Of a DNA stretch of 64,000 nucleotides, positions 1 to 13,569 are shown one piece after another. Under the pieces are notes generated by a model that was not told the DNA's origin, made no database searches, and saw only the letters and a list, made by a program, of their open reading frames with translations. The DNA comes from Selaginella moellendorffii (lineage: Eukaryota; Plantae; Lycopodiophyta), in contig NW_003314361.1 of the NCBI RefSeq assembly GCF_000143415.4, positions 427,115 to 491,114 on the forward strand, read 5' to 3'. The position numbers and the translations under genes are program-made. How positions within the stretch are numbered: the stretch's first letter is position 1; each line of letters starts with the position of its first letter.

Positions 1-673
1 AGCCTACTATTTGTTCCACTTTGGAAAACCATGGCCACTGGCTGGTTGTGGAACCCGTGTTCTCCATCCTCGTACGTTCTACCTTGTGCCTTTTCTTGAG
101 AGAATCCACCTTGTTCTTACACTGCTCGATGGTTTTCATGGACTTTTGGCCCTGGCAGCGCATGCTCACCATGTTGGACACCTCCTGCCAATGCTTCCCC
201 CGCAAATTCCCCTTGTTGAGCTGCAAGAATTTCTCCGTGTAGGCGTCCAGCAGCGCGCAAATCGCAGTGTCGCTCCATTCCTCTCGATCCTTCTTGAACG
301 AATCGACCTGTCCGTGCTGCTGCTGCTGCTGCTGCATAGCCTTGAGCCTCTTGGACGAGGGGCCCTTGGTGTCGTCGCTGTTCTCCGGCTGATCCCTCTC
401 GCTACCATCGCTCGACGCTCCACTCTTGTTTGGCAGACCTGAGAATTCGGCTCCTCCGGACATCTCCAGCTGCTGGCGCTTGAATCCTACGCCCATGAGG
501 TGGTGGTGGTGGAATTGCTGCTGCTGCTGCTCGTCGTCGCTGAATTCCGTGTCGCCATTGTTCGCGACGCCCACTCCCACGACGCCAGATCCAGGCCCAG
601 TGGCAGTGGCGGACGACGCTGGCCAATCCTTCGCGGCATCCAGCAGCAGGATCTCCTCGTCGCACGAAGACAT
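1..673 (-). CDS. Trihelix transcription factor (Myb/SANT-like DNA-binding domain, SIP1/ASIL-like clade); 3' end runs off the window
   Basis: Manual translation from ATG at 673 is open to position 1: MSSCDEEILLLDAAKDW...polyQ/H...KDREEWSDTAICALLDAYTEKFLQLNKGNLRGKHWQEVSNMVSMRCQGQKSMKTIEQCKNKVDSLKKRHKVER...QWPWFSKVEQIVG. The W..W..QCKNK(V/I)D.LKK..WPWF pattern is the trihelix signature. Absent from the ORF track because no stop lies in the window. Confidence 0.92.
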   Translation of the reverse strand, partial: MSSCDEEILLLDAAKDWPASSATATGPGSGVVGVGVANNGDTEFSDDEQQQQQFHHHHLMGVGFKRQQLEMSGGAEFSGLPNKSGASSDGSERDQPENSDDTKGPSSKRLKAMQQQQQQHGQVDSFKKDREEWSDTAICALLDAYTEKFLQLNKGNLRGKHWQEVSNMVSMRCQGQKSMKTIEQCKNKVDSLKKRHKVERTRMENTGSTTSQWPWFSKVEQIVG

Positions 674-841
674 AAGGAAAATTTTCTCACAAGCCCTAAC
701 CCTGGCTATGGCGGACGCCGTCAATAGGGCTCCGCTTGTGGGGCGCTGACGTGGGGCGATCAAGGCCGTCGGATTTAACCCCATGGGGTTTAAGGGGATA
801 TATCACTGGATATTCCGCTCTCCAAAATCCAAGCTAGGCCA
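674..841. promoter_or_regulatory. Very short bidirectional promoter between the trihelix and SET genes
   Basis: Divergent ATGs at 673 (-) and 842 (+). Contains telo-box-like GCCCTAACCCT (~693-703), TGACGTGG (748-755) and a perfect palindrome AACCCCATGGGGTT (777-790). Confidence 0.6.
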
Positions 842-2913
842 ATGAGGGCGGCGATGAATGGCGCCCACAAGCTCTCGCTGGAAGAGGTGAGATTTCTTCC
901 ATCGATCGTGCCCAGGCGCTGAGGGCTTCTAGATTCCCAGGCGCAAACGTCGTGGTTCGTGCGCCAGGGCGGCGATTGCTCGGCCGTTCGCATTGGGGAA
1001 TCGGCATGCGGCAGGCAAGGATTGGATTGATTCTCTCGATGCGATCTTGCGGCAATCGTGGTTCGTGGCAGGGGATTGTTTGCTGCTCGGTCGATTCGCG
1101 CTGGAGAGCAGATTGTGCGAATTCCTCATGAGCTGGTAAGCAAAATAAGCTCTAGTTTTAGTTTAGCTGATAGAAACCATGGAAAGCACCAATGCAGGTG
1201 CTCACGGCCGAGAAACTAGACGATTGTGTGAAGAAGTTACTATCGACAGAGTATGATTGGTGTCCTCTGACGCTTCTCATCCTTGCGGAGCAACACAAAG
1301 GAGAGGTCTGCGATCTTTTCTCTCTATCATATAGTTCTTTGTGATCGTCTTGGTCACTCGTCTTCTTTTCACGATTCTTTTCTTATCAGGCTTCTAGATG
1401 GGCTCCATACGTTTCTTGTCTTCCATCATTTGGGGATCACCACTCTACTGTAAGATCGTCAATTTTTCTTTGCTATCTTTCCATCAGCTTTTTTTGTGTG
1501 TGTACTTTCAGATTTTCTGGGGGAAGGAGGAATTGAAATTCTTGGAGTGTACCCGTGCTTTCCGTGGAACAGCCGAGCGGCGTGAAATGATCTCGGACGA
1601 GTACAATTCAGTGAAGGATGTAACGACTGTTGCGTGTTTTTTGCGAGAACGTTCACGCAGCTAAGTGGCATGACTTCGTGCAGGTTATAAGCTCGTGTCC
1701 TCACGTATTTGGCGAAGATATCTCGCTTTTCCAGTTTGCGCATGCGTATGCTACTGGTAAGCTTTTTTCGTAGAGGTTGCTTCTTTTGCAAAGCTAGGAG
1801 TCTGGTTTTTAACGCCTTTGTTTTTCCGTTCAGTCGTTTCACGAGCTTGGAATGGTGCTCTTTCCAGCGAAATCTCCATGAGGCCTTTTGTGGACTTCTG
1901 CAACCACGATCCAGTTTCTCACGCAACGGTGTCACACGACACTTGCAAGGATGCGACAGTCGTAAGCATGAGCTTCTAATGAAAATCGAAGGCTTTAGCA
2001 ACTTGCCTGACAGATTATTGCCGAGCGCGATTACACAAAAGGCGAAGAGGCGAGTGAGCAAATGCATTTTGAGTTTCATAACTTCTTACGAGATGCTTTT
2101 TTAGGTTTTTATCAGTTATGGCAAGCGCTCCAACGCTGTACTTGCAGTAGACTACGGTTTTGTGCTTCCTAACAATTTGAGTGATCAGGTAGAACTTTGG
2201 TTGTTTTCCCTTCTTAAAGCTAATGCTCCAGGCCGAGCTTTGGATGGAAATTCCATGGAACGATCCACTTCGCGAAAAAAAGCTTGAACTTATGAGGGCA
2301 TTCAATATGCCAACCTTGCAGAATGCTGATGGAACGGAGAGTGGTGAATTGCCAGTCATCTTGGAGTAGTTTCAATAGTTTTCCACGTATGTTTGCTCTG
2401 ACGGTTAATTCTCTAGGGAGGTTTTGGACTCAGCGGACTGGGAAGACGGGGTTGTACTCCCTCAAGCCCGTGCATTTTCGCGTATTATTTGCTTGGATTC
2501 CTTGGAAGGTTTTATTTTTCTTTCTGCATTTCTTGCAAGGTGTTCTAACCTCATAACTCTTTGCAGACATAGAATCAATGATCCAAGAATCCGATACGCT
2601 TCAAGCTCCATTAGCATACCAGCCAAGAAAGGACGTGGCGAAGGAAACCCGGGCAATGAATTTCTTGCTGGAGATGATCCAGGAAAGCATCACGTCACAC
2701 GAGCAGGCATTGCTGGTAAGATCACGACTGGAAGTTTTCATATCCCAGCAGGCATTTTGTTTTGCCTTGTAGATGCTGCAGTCGGCCCCCGACCACATAA
2801 ACAAAATCCGCCGAGGAATGGCTGAAGCTGTTCTTGATGGTGAGCTCCGAGTTCTAGAAAACTCTAGAGGCTGGCTCAAAGATTGTCTTCCAAATGGACA
2901 AGAGCAAGTATAG
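842..2913 (+). CDS. SET-domain protein-lysine N-methyltransferase, Rubisco LSMT/SETD3-SETD6-like (multi-exon, ~13 exons)
   Basis: Spliced translation: MRAAMNGAHKLSLEE|AQTSWFVRQGG...CGR|GLFAARSIRAGEQIVRIPHEL|...|ASRWAPYVSCLP|IFWGKEELKFLE...|VVSRAW...MRPFVDFCNHD...|IIAERDYTKGEE|VFISYGKRSNAVLAVDYGFV...|DPLREKKLELM...|...AEAVLDGELRVLE...QEQV* (TAG 2911-2913). GRGLFA, PxxDxxNH and EEVFISYG..SN....YGF are canonical LSMT SET motifs. Confidence 0.93.
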
Positions 2914-3044
2914 GGGAGCATGGTTTATTGATAGGCTGGAGTTGTAGATATTGATGGAAGTGTGCTTCATGTGGCATGTCCAATTTGGATAGATAGATTT
3001 TTCCTAACCTTGAATGTTAGATAACACTTCCTATTTATTATTTA

Positions 3045-6000
3045 TTAGGGATTTAGTCCTTGCAACCTTATTTAATGCACTTATAAGATTAAACACCACT
3101 TTTTGGTGTCAACCTTATTTAATGCACTTATAAGATTAAACACCACTTTTTGGTGTTTTTGAATGTTTAGGTATCTCAAATGATGTTTTTTTTACAATAA
3201 ACATTTCTTTTTATGACATTGATTCCTTATATTGTAATATAAACAATTTATCCTCCCAAATGATATATTTAACTTTTTTTTCCCAATAAAAAATTTTAGG
3301 AAGTTAACTTTCACCAATCCAATTAATTATGTCACATCTTTTGCTTAATTATTTTATAGTTGTCAAGTCCTACCACTGATTGCTAATGCTTTCATATTTT
3401 CATTAATATTTGGGTCAATGCATTTAAATTGTATACCTTATAACTTAAACTATACCAATCCCATTTTCATTGAGATTCCATTGTCAAAGGGTTTTAATGA
3501 ACTAATCAACTTAACCTCAAAACAACACACTTTGGAATGTTTAATATGTCCACACTATTGTATTTATGAGCTTACTTTTACAACACTTCCTACTTCCCAC
3601 TTGTGTTTAAGTCTTTGTCAAGACAATAGTAATTGTTTTTTATGCTAAATATCAGTTAACAATACAATCTAATACTCACATACAACTCTTCACCAAAGTT
3701 GTTTTCCACGACTTTAGTATAACACCTTCTACCATCAATGAAATACCCATTATTTTCATATTTGGATTTTATGACCGTCCCAGTCTTTTATAAGGTACAA
3801 CACACTTTAGTCCACATATTCCTAGTAATCCTTTAGGACCATTCCTTGACTCCACCGAATCATTTAACTTTTTGGACTTATTAATCCAACAACCCATAAG
3901 GTTTAAGCTTTATGGCTCTTTTTTGGTTTCACCTTGTTAGAATACAATTTCATGTATTGATGTTCTATTCATAAGGATTATCTTTAAAAGTGTTTCTTTA
4001 ACATTTGATTTTTTTTGTTCCACATAAATTACCTTTACCCCCTAGAAGAACTATCCTTCCATACGATGAAAACATTGACTCATCCTTTGAGCACACCTTT
4101 GGGTGTTTCGGCCTTTATTAAAGGTAGCTCCAACCACCATTTCAAGGACATATATCTTTATTCACATTTGACCTCTCATAATTATTAACTTTAGTCTTAA
4201 ATTTATGAGCACCATCCTCAACCATATGAAGATAATTTTGTGACTCCTTTATTGTCTTGGAGTCTCTATTATTTCCTGTGATCTTATAATTACTACAACC
4301 ATATTAGTCAGTTTGTTATATCAAACACTTATATGGATTATATCCTCAACTCCTTGAGGAAAGCTTTCTATTGTTCCCAAGATCCTAAAATCATTCCCTT
4401 ATTAGCTCCTTTCTATCCACCACATTATTTATATGTTCATGTATGAACTAAAGTGGAGAGTCATGCCCTGTTGATATGCTACTCTTTAAGGATAGACCCA
4501 TTTCTGGAACCTTTTGATGCTAATATCAAATGGTGATATACTTGACCACCAATAAAAGTTGGATTAAAGAACAACTTCGATACCAAGTTGTGAGTGACTA
4601 AATTTTCCATTCTTCTTTAATGACTTAATCACACCTTAACCACTTGAATGAGTTTACTCATGACTTCCATAAGTCTTATTCCCAACTTAGGCGTGTACTA
4701 GCCCCATAAATGACATCTATGCCACACAATTTTTGCATTTAGTCCAAGTGCTCCACATGTCCAATCTCATTATAGACACCCAAAGGTATTACTAATATAT
4801 CAGTATATTATGTTAAAGCCATATTCATTTACCCTTGTTTTATTGGTAGTCCAAAACCACCCATACCATACCTTTATCTTTCAAAGGCTAGGCCATCTGT
4901 CTATGAGTGATCATCTTAGATCCACTTCTTAGCATCTTTAAAATGCTTGAAGACATAGGAAATAACCTTTCCTAATATCCTTTTTTTGGTCCCCATCAAA
5001 TCCTTCTTCGTTCACAGCCATGTTTACCAATACTGCCATTGAATTAGAACCAGTAAACCCAACCATTATGTCCTATTGACCTTTTGGGCTTCCTTGTCGC
5101 ATGACTACATCCTTGGTCATTATATAAGAGAATTGCTCACTTTCCTTTCCATAGTGTAGGATTTTAGGACAACATTTTGAAACATTGCGGCCTTACATAA
5201 ACCTTGTGGGTACTCTCTCCACCTTCTACCTTTGGGTGCCCTAGCTATGTGGCTACAGCGAGGTTCTAATGAACCACGCCGGTCCATCTCAAGCCCATTT
5301 TGGCTTTATTTCGAATTTATTCTTAAACTCCATCTCGGACTTCTTTTTAGACTTTATCTCAAATTCCATCTTAGACTCCTTTTTGGATTCCTTCTTGGAG
5401 TCCTTTTTGATACTTCTATGTGTTATGACACTCACCATGTATTAGTCCTTCTTGTGTCCCTTTTAGAGACTCATTCACTAATTGCTTTATGCTTATTCCT
5501 TGAGTATTTTGTTTAGAGTTCCACTCCCATTCTCAACTTTCCAGAGCTTTTTATCCAAATATGTGACACTTGTTGGACTTCCATTTTGACGATTACTATG
5601 AGGCACCATTTTGGCTCCACTTTAGGGCTTAGGGATTTATGTCTTATAGATATCTCTACATTTTTTACCATGTCTTAATAAGTATTCTTAGGGATGAAAT
5701 TTGCTTGATAATTTAGGGAGTGGTTCCTCAATCTAGATATGCTCACTTTATAATCCCACACATTGGGATTAGTGTTGCTACTCATAGGCCTTTGTATACC
5801 CGTCATTATCCTTACCAAAGTCTTTTTAGCTTTGTCCAATTCGGATAGATAAACTTCTTTTGTCTTTACAACCTTGGCCATTAGATAACACATTTTATCC
5901 ATTTTTTCATTAGGGATTTAGTCCCTTGGGCTTTATCCAATGCCCTCATGATACCAAACACCACTTCTTGTGTGTTTTAGAGTGCTTAGGTGTCCTGATG

Positions 6001-7225
6001 ATGGCTTTATTTGATAATGAGCATTTTCTTTTACAACATTGTTTTATTATATCGTAACATAAGCCATTTATTTCCCAAGGGATATATCTAACCTCTTTCT
6101 TATCCAACCAAAGAGTCTCAGGAAGTTAGCTCCAAGAAATTATTCTAAACCTTTTTTTAGTTGCTTTATAGTTACTATGTTTTACAACTCATTGCCAGTG
6201 CTTCCACATCTCCATCATTATTGGGTCAATACATTTGAATCACATGCCTTTCAGCTTAGGCTATGTCTATCCCATTTCTATTGGGATTCTTTTGGCAAGA
6301 GGTCAACCAACTTAACTTCAAGGCATCACACCTTGGAACATATGGTGTTCCCACACCATCAGCTATAAAAGCCTATTCACATGTCCTATTTACAAAGACC
6401 ATCTTTGAAAGTGTTGCTCTGACATTTAATTATCCTTTATTTTATAGGTTATTTTTGCCCTTTAGAACTATCCTTCCATACAATGAGAACATTGACTCAT
6501 CCTTTGAGCACATACTTGAATTCCTTGGGTTGTTCTAGCCTTTATTAAAGGTAGCCTTATTTCAAGGATACATGTCCTCATCCACATTTGACCTTTCACA
6601 ATTATTAATTTTAGTCTCAAGTTCATGAACACCATCCTCAACTATATAAGGATAATTCTGTGACTCATTTATTGTCTCGGAGTCTTTATCTTTCTTGTGA
6701 TCCCAATAATAAGTGTTTACTACAACCACATTAATTAGTTTCCTAAGTCAAACACTTATATGGATCACATCCTCAACTTTCTAAGGAAAACCTTCTACTG
6801 TTGTAAAAATCCTAAAGTCATTCCCCTTATTAGCCCCTTTCTATCGATCATATTGCCTACACATTCATGTATAAATTGAGTTATGCTCTCTTGACATACT
6901 ACTCTTTGAGTATAGACCCATTTCTAGGACCTTTTGATATCAATATCAAGTGGTGATATACTTAACCACCAATAATAATCGAACTAAAAAACAGTTCTGA
7001 TACTAAATTATAAGCAATTAATTTTTCCATTCTACTTTAGCCACTTAACCACACCTTTGACCATTTGGAAGATCTCACTTATGACCTCCATAAGTCCTAC
7101 TCCCTACTTGGGAACTTGTTAGCCCCGTGAATGACATTTATGCCATTTAGCCTTTGCACTTGGTCTAAATGCTCCATGTATCCAATCTCATGATAGACAT
7201 CCTAAAGGTACTACTAACATATTAG
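3045..7225. mobile_element. Two tandem, overlapping, heavily decayed copies of an LTR-retroelement-derived repeat (family C)
   Basis: 3045-4800 aligns with 5905-7225. 4595-5650 aligns with the younger copy at 43810-45444 and shares its terminus (TAGGGATTT.TGTCT(C/T)A(C/T)A). Many C->T/G->A changes and no intact ORF. Confidence 0.6.
3063..3156. repeat. Exact 47-bp tandem duplication
   Basis: CAACCTTATTTAATGCACTTATAAGATTAAACACCACTTTTTGGTGT occurs twice in tandem. Confidence 0.9.
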
Positions 7226-7249
7226 GCAATTACTTTAAGGTTATAAGGT

Positions 7250-8330
7250 ATTTGGTAGACATGGTAAGTTATCATTCAATAATATTGAGGGATTAGTTTC
7301 AATACGCCACTCAATAGCTAGTGCAAGACACAATGAGACAGGAACTCCATATTGGGTTAAGTTTGCTTAACTAATAGCACGTAGGAATTTCGTCCTTATA
7401 CTTGTTTGGTTTAAGTATACTCAAAATGTCCAATTAGCTCCACTAGCACAAAGGGATCCAACTGTATTGACCTCCTGCCATTATGGCAATAAGGAAAGAG
7501 TTTTTATAAAGATTGGCCAATAAATATCTTTCAATACTTGAAGTCACATTTATGACACTCTCCCCCCCTTAGGGAAGATCGACGTCCTCGTCAATGCATA
7601 CATGAGTCTAGCAAACCATCAAGGAAACAACTCTGAAAGTTAGCGGAAAACACGCTATATGGGAAACACACCAACTTAAATGAGTTCTACCTCTCCTCTA
7701 CATCCAAAGATGTTAAAACTTAAACACCCTTTGGCTGTCACTGATAAGAAAATGACTAACGAAGTTAATTAGTTGCTTTAAATACCACTTAACTTACAAA
7801 GGAATGATACATCCCTAGCCATAGGGACATAGGGAGAGAGTTAGAGGCCCAACTTCCCCTGAGCAAGAAATCAAGCCTATTGGAAAGATTTAGACAACTA
7901 TTATAAACTGGCAGATGAAGTTATTTACAAAAGCACTCCCTTTTTTAATAATGAGTCAACGAAAGACTCATTATTTCTCTAGTTTCAACTTTATATTTAG
8001 GTTCACTGTCCACAACTTTTGGTGGCAGACAAATCTCCCCTTGGCATGCAACATTCATAGTGTAAGGAGCCCATAAATTGGCATGAAATACATTATGAAT
8101 ATTGGACATTTCCACAAGAAGATTCAACTAATAGGATATATCACCAATTCGTTTCAAAACCCTATAGGGCCTAACATATCTTAGTAACAGCTTTTGAGAG
8201 GTGTGGCTTTTGAGAAGATAGTGACACCTGATCTCCCACTTGATAGGATACATCCCGACAATGCCAATCCATATCACGTCAATACCTATGTTGAGCTTTG
8301 CCTATTGCCTTAGTAGCTCTAGACGAACTA
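7250..8330 (-). mobile_element. 3' end of a Ty3/gypsy chromovirus: integrase C-terminus/chromodomain start, 3' UTR, PPT and partial LTR (family A)
   Basis: ORF 7945-8127 (HNVFHANL..PY...PPKVVDSEPKYKVE) is homologous to 17600-17830. PPT (rc AAGGGGGGGAGAG, ~7558-7570) abuts the LTR-A start (rc TGTCATAAATGTGACTTC). Confidence 0.75.
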
Positions 8331-10560
8331 TGGCATAGTTGCTCTACATAAGTCTCAACAGTTAAGATCAACACTTCAGACATTGGTTTCAGTACAACAA
8401 TTTGTTGATCTTGGTTTGAGACTTTGCGCGGAGCTGCAGCAGTTAAAGCAACAAAGGGACCTTATACATTACATTAATGTGTTTGCTTAGAAGCACATTA
8501 TGATTGCAAATATGAGTGGCAAAGATGCTTGAAGTTATTTCTTAGAGAGTTAAGTTCACTTTCTTGTAATGAGATTTTGAAGTTTAAGCTGAAAACATAC
8601 TTGAAGTATAAGGAGGCAGCACAACAAGTTGGCTTTAGTCAGTCTTTCATGGAACAATATCAACAGTCGTATGCTGGTACCTCGGACAAAAATAAGAATT
8701 CTGGGAATAAACAAGGTGATCGAAAACAGAGGGTGAAAGGAAGGTTCTGCCTTGGAGGCTCACAATCAATAGTTAACAAAGGTGGTGGTGGTTGGAGACC
8801 ACTAGCAACTTCTTTTGGTCCTAGGCCCTCTGTTCCTCCTTCTGGTAGGTACAAGCAGTAGCAACTTGTGAAACCTGCTCTTAGCGGAATAGGTAGTGTG
8901 GGTCATTGCTTTCATTGTGGAGAGTTAGAATATAGGTTCTTGGAATGTCCCAACAATCATAAAACAAGGTCTCATGTTAATATCATGAGGGAAAATAGTG
9001 GTGGTGAAGCTAAAAGGGTTGACAAGTTAGTCAATGCAGAATATGAGGAAGAAGAGGTGAGTTACTTTCATTACTTTCCTTAAGCTTTTCTCGTAGTCAA
9101 TGCAAACACTAATTTATTGATGTATTTAAAAAGCTTTGTCCATGGACACCAAATTTGAATGATGATTGACATAGGAGCTACACACAATGTGATATCCAAA
9201 GACTTAATTAAATTTTTAGGATTGAATGCTGAGCAAATGTTGCCCATATACTTTTGGTTTGCAGAAGGTGGGCAAGTAGCTAGAAAATTTGTGAGTGATA
9301 TTCTAATAAAAATATCCAAATGGAAAGAAAGAGTGGACTTGGTAGTGTTGAAAATATCAGATTTTTAGATGGTGTTTGGTATAGATTTCTTTAACAAATA
9401 TATTAAAGGGATTTATGGTACTAAACAAAGTTATATTATATTGAAGTTAGAAAAACATCCTGATGTGTCCTTCCAATTGCAAAAGCGCTCCTCAAAGGAT
9501 TGGGATGCTAAGTTCCTGATTGCGAGAGCCGCTCAAAATGTAGCTAAGAAGGGATATTAGACCTTTTGGGTTCAAGTGATGGAAGATGAAGGTGTTGATG
9601 ACTTAGTTCGAATTAGTGATAGGGTTGATTCTGTATTAAAGAAGATATTAGAATTGTTGGTGCGGAATCAGGATATCTTCCTGAAGGATTTGCTGCCAGG
9701 ACTACTTCCTAGCCATGAAGTTGATCATCGGATTGAGGTTATTCTGGGTCTTAAACCACCTATAAAACCTTCATATCATTTGAATATCAAGTAAATTGCT
9801 GAACTCAAGAAGCAATTTACAGAGTTTCTTGACAAAGGTCATATCCGACCAAGCAAGTCACTTTATGGAGCATTAGTCCTTTTTATTATGAAAAAGGATG
9901 GAACTATAAGGATGTATATGGAATATTGGGCACTCAACAAGATCAAGGTCAAAAACAGTTATTCTTTACCTCGCATTGATGACTTGTTTGACCAAATTCT
10001 TAAAGGCTAAGTATTTTACGTGACTTGATTTGCAGTCTGGGTATTATCAGATACAGGTGGTAGAGTACGGATCTTTTGAGTTTCTCGTCATACCATTTGG
10101 GTTATGTAATGCTCCGGCAACGTTCAGATAAATAGAATATTTAGAGATTATTTGGACACATTTGTTATCTTATATATCGATGATATTCTAGACTTTAGTG
10201 AAACGTTGGAGGATCATTAGAAACACTTGGAGCTAGTGTTTCAAAAATTGCATGAACACAAATTGTATGCTAAGGAAAGTAAATGTGCTTTTAGACAATT
10301 GCGTGTGAACATTTTCTTAGACATATAGTTGGTGGTGGTGTAATTAAGGTGGATCCCGCAAGTTGGTTTGTAATTTTGCAAGAATTTCTCTTTTGTTGAC
10401 TGAGTTAATGAAGAGTAGTATACTGTTTCATTGGACACCGGCTTGTCAACATGCTTTTATACAATTGAAGGAAATCTTGACTACGGTTCCTATTCTTAGG
10501 ATCCTAGATCTTGATAAACCCTTCAAAGTGCATTGTGATGCATTTGGCTATGCTATTGGT

Positions 10561-11607
10561 NNNNNNNNNNNNNNNNNNNNNNNNNNNNNNNNNNNNNNNN
10601 NNNNNNNNNNNNNNNNNNNNNNNNNNNNNNNNNNNNNNNNNNNNNNNNNNNNNNNNNNNNGCCTTGGGGACCCTTTGGGTTAGGTTTGGGGGGGGGGCCC
10701 CCTTAATTGGGGGGTGAACTCCAACCTTTTTTTTTTAAAAAAAAGGGTTCAAATAAATTCCGGGGGGCACAAATTCTTTTTTTCAGCCCCGGCAAAAAAA
10801 AAGGGTTTAAGAGGGTTTTGGAAAAATTTTGGGAAAAGGGGGGCCTAAAGGGGGGGGGGGGGTTCTTCCCCCCCAATAAGACCGGGGGGGAGTTGGGTTT
10901 AAACCCCAGCCAAATGGGGGAAAAGGGGGGGAATTACCTTGGAAGGGGGAAAATAATCCCTTAAAATGTTGGGAAAGGTTTTCCACCACTATCCCTACTA
11001 TACATTTGGACCCCCCCCCCCCCCCCCCCCCCCTTGAGGAACACATGCTTTGGGCTTTCACCCCAAGCTTCCCTTAGTCTCAGGAGTTAGTCTCTGGGAC
11101 AAGCTCGAAACTTACTAAATATGGAATGGCGCTAGATTGCGAATTTGGACATGGGATAAACACTATTGTGTTCAAATTAATCTCTACATTCCATAGATAT
11201 GCAAAATGAGCAAATCTAGACACTTTCCATAAATAGTATTTGGGACCGAAATGAGACTAACACAAAGGGCATGATATCGAGGGTGTTCATCTAACTATCA
11301 TCTAGCAAATATTGAAGGACTAATCTCAATATTGCAGGGGTTTCCAACACTAGCAAGTGCAAGTTAGCATCATGAGTTTCTCGTCACTGTGTATAGTATG
11401 CTTAATTTAATGACAACTTAGGATTTCCTTCCTTAGTGCCCTTCTGGTCTAAGTGTATATGTGCTAACCAGTTTCTCAACTAGCTTGGGCAGAGACCATA
11501 AAGGGAACCAACAATACCGACCTCTTGCCATCGTGGCAGTAAAAAGAGAGTGTCCGTAAGGACTAGCCGACAAGTATCTTTCGATACCCGAAGTCACATT
11601 TGCGACA
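10561..11607 (-). mobile_element. LTR (family A) inserted into the RNase H region; partly in an assembly gap
   Basis: 5-bp TSD TTGGT at 10556-10560 and 11608-11612. The end reads rc TGTCGCAAATGTGACTTCGGGTATCG, the LTR-A 5' terminus. The RNase H frame resumes after 11612. Confidence 0.85.
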
Positions 11608-13569
11608 TTGGTGCCATGTTGTAGCAAGATTGTGACAAAGTGGTTGGTGTTATGCTAAGACGACATGGTTGTCCTATTGCGTTCTATTGCAAGAAATTGG
11701 ATGAAACCCAACGAAAATGGCCAACACACGAGAAAGAGACGTTTGCTATAGTGTCACCATTGGAACACTAAAGAACATACCAAGGTTTCTATAGATAATA
11801 ACACACTAAATTACTTTGCTACGCAGCCTAAGCTTATGCCAAAGTAAGTTCGTTGGCAAGAGAAGCTTGCTAAATTTGATATTGAAATAATATATAAACT
11901 TGGTAAAGACAATATTGTTCCAAATGCATTGAGTCATCAGGCTCAGTTCTAGGCAATATCAGCAATCAATTTAGACTAGTTGGAGAATGTTTGGGCTTCG
12001 TATGGTAGTGATCCATTGGTAAAGGCACTCTTGCACTATGCAGAGTTGTCGAAGTAAAACCCTAGTATTGAAGCAGTGAAAGTTGCTAGTCGAACCAATG
12101 CAAAGCTTCACTTTTCAATATGGGATGGGCTTATATTCTATAAGTAAGAAAGATTGTATCTTCCCTATAAGGATCTATAGTAGTTGTTTTTGCAGGAACA
12201 TCATGATATTCTGGTAGTAGGATATGGTGGAAAAAGAAAAACTCTTGCTTTATTGAAAAAGGGATTTTTCTAGTTTGGTATGAAAGGTGATGTAACGGAT
12301 TGTGTCCATTCCTACCCTATATGCCAGCAATGTAACCATAGAACTGAGAAGTAGGCTGGAAAGTTGCAGTGCATTCTAGCACCGGCATGGCCATTTCAGA
12401 GTGTGATACTTGATTTCATCACTTGCTTGCCGAAGTCTAAGGGTTATGATACTTTGATGGTGGTTATGGATTGATTATTGAAGATTGCGCACTTCATTCT
12501 AACTGTGAAAATAGTGAATGCGAAGCAAGCAACAAAGCTCTTTTTCCATGAAATAGTACGAGTTTGTGGTTTTCCCAAAGAGATGATCTTGGATAGGGAT
12601 TTAAGATTTACAGAGAAGTTTTGGAGCACACTATTCTAGTTATTAGGTACCAAGTTGAAGTTTAGTATGGCTTATCATCCTTAAACTGATAGGTAGACCG
12701 AACATGTAAATGCTCAAGTTGAGGATTATCTGCGGTACTATATCGCAATAGACCAATGTGACTGGGTTTAGCATTTGGACACAGTAGAAATTTGTTATAA
12801 CAACACACTTCACTGTGCTATTGGCTGTTTTCCATAGGAAATGCTACAAGGGAATGCTTGTGGGGTGCCTTAAGGGCAGGGTTCCATGCTCCACCCTTGG
12901 GGGGAAATTTCCAGGGGGGAGAAATAAAACCCTGGGTTCCATGCCCCCCCTGGTGACATGGCACCAAAAATGGGGGGGAAGGGGGGAACCTGGTGTCCCC
13001 CCTATAAATTTCTCTTGGAGCCTAGAACCCAGTAAAATACACAAATAAAATAATGCCACATGGCTAAATTGCCACATCATCTAAAAATTTCACCTGCCTA
13101 ATTTTGCTGTCATGTGAGCATGCAAGTTCTTGGAGGGTTTTGGGGGGGATTTTTGCAATGATTTGAGAAGGAAGTTTATAAGAAATGGAAAATTGCTCAC
13201 CCTCATCTCATCCATGGTCACAATTTGCTTTTATTCTAGTTCACCAATAGTTCAAACTCATATAAGTATAAAATTTTGTAGTTCTAGAATTGTGCTTGTT
13301 TTTCTTAATGTCTAGGAAGAAGAGCGCTCTTCTTTTAGTGTTAACATGGGATTTATGTCAAATGTAGTTATGATCTAGGTATTTTTTATTTTCTCTTTGG
13401 TTTTTCTATTTTGTTTAGTAAAATTTTACAATGGTTTTTAGCCTGGCATTTCTACATTTAACCTGATGATTGGATTTGTTCCAAGTATCCTTACAATGCA
13501 AGCTAACTTCAATTCATCAAGCTAGATATTTTTTTTCCAATTGTTTTTCTACTTTGTTTTGAATGCATT

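Noticed and set aside
11-749. Plus-strand ORFs of 143, 107 and 75 aa
   Set aside because: Antisense shadows of the GC-rich trihelix CDS on the minus strand.
1459-2079. 206-aa minus-strand ORF
   Set aside because: Antisense to the SET gene exons and introns; no motif.
10661-10980. Homopolymer-rich G/K-rich ORFs next to the N gap
   Set aside because: Looks like low-quality read-end sequence, a garbled version of LTR-A, so an assembly artefact.
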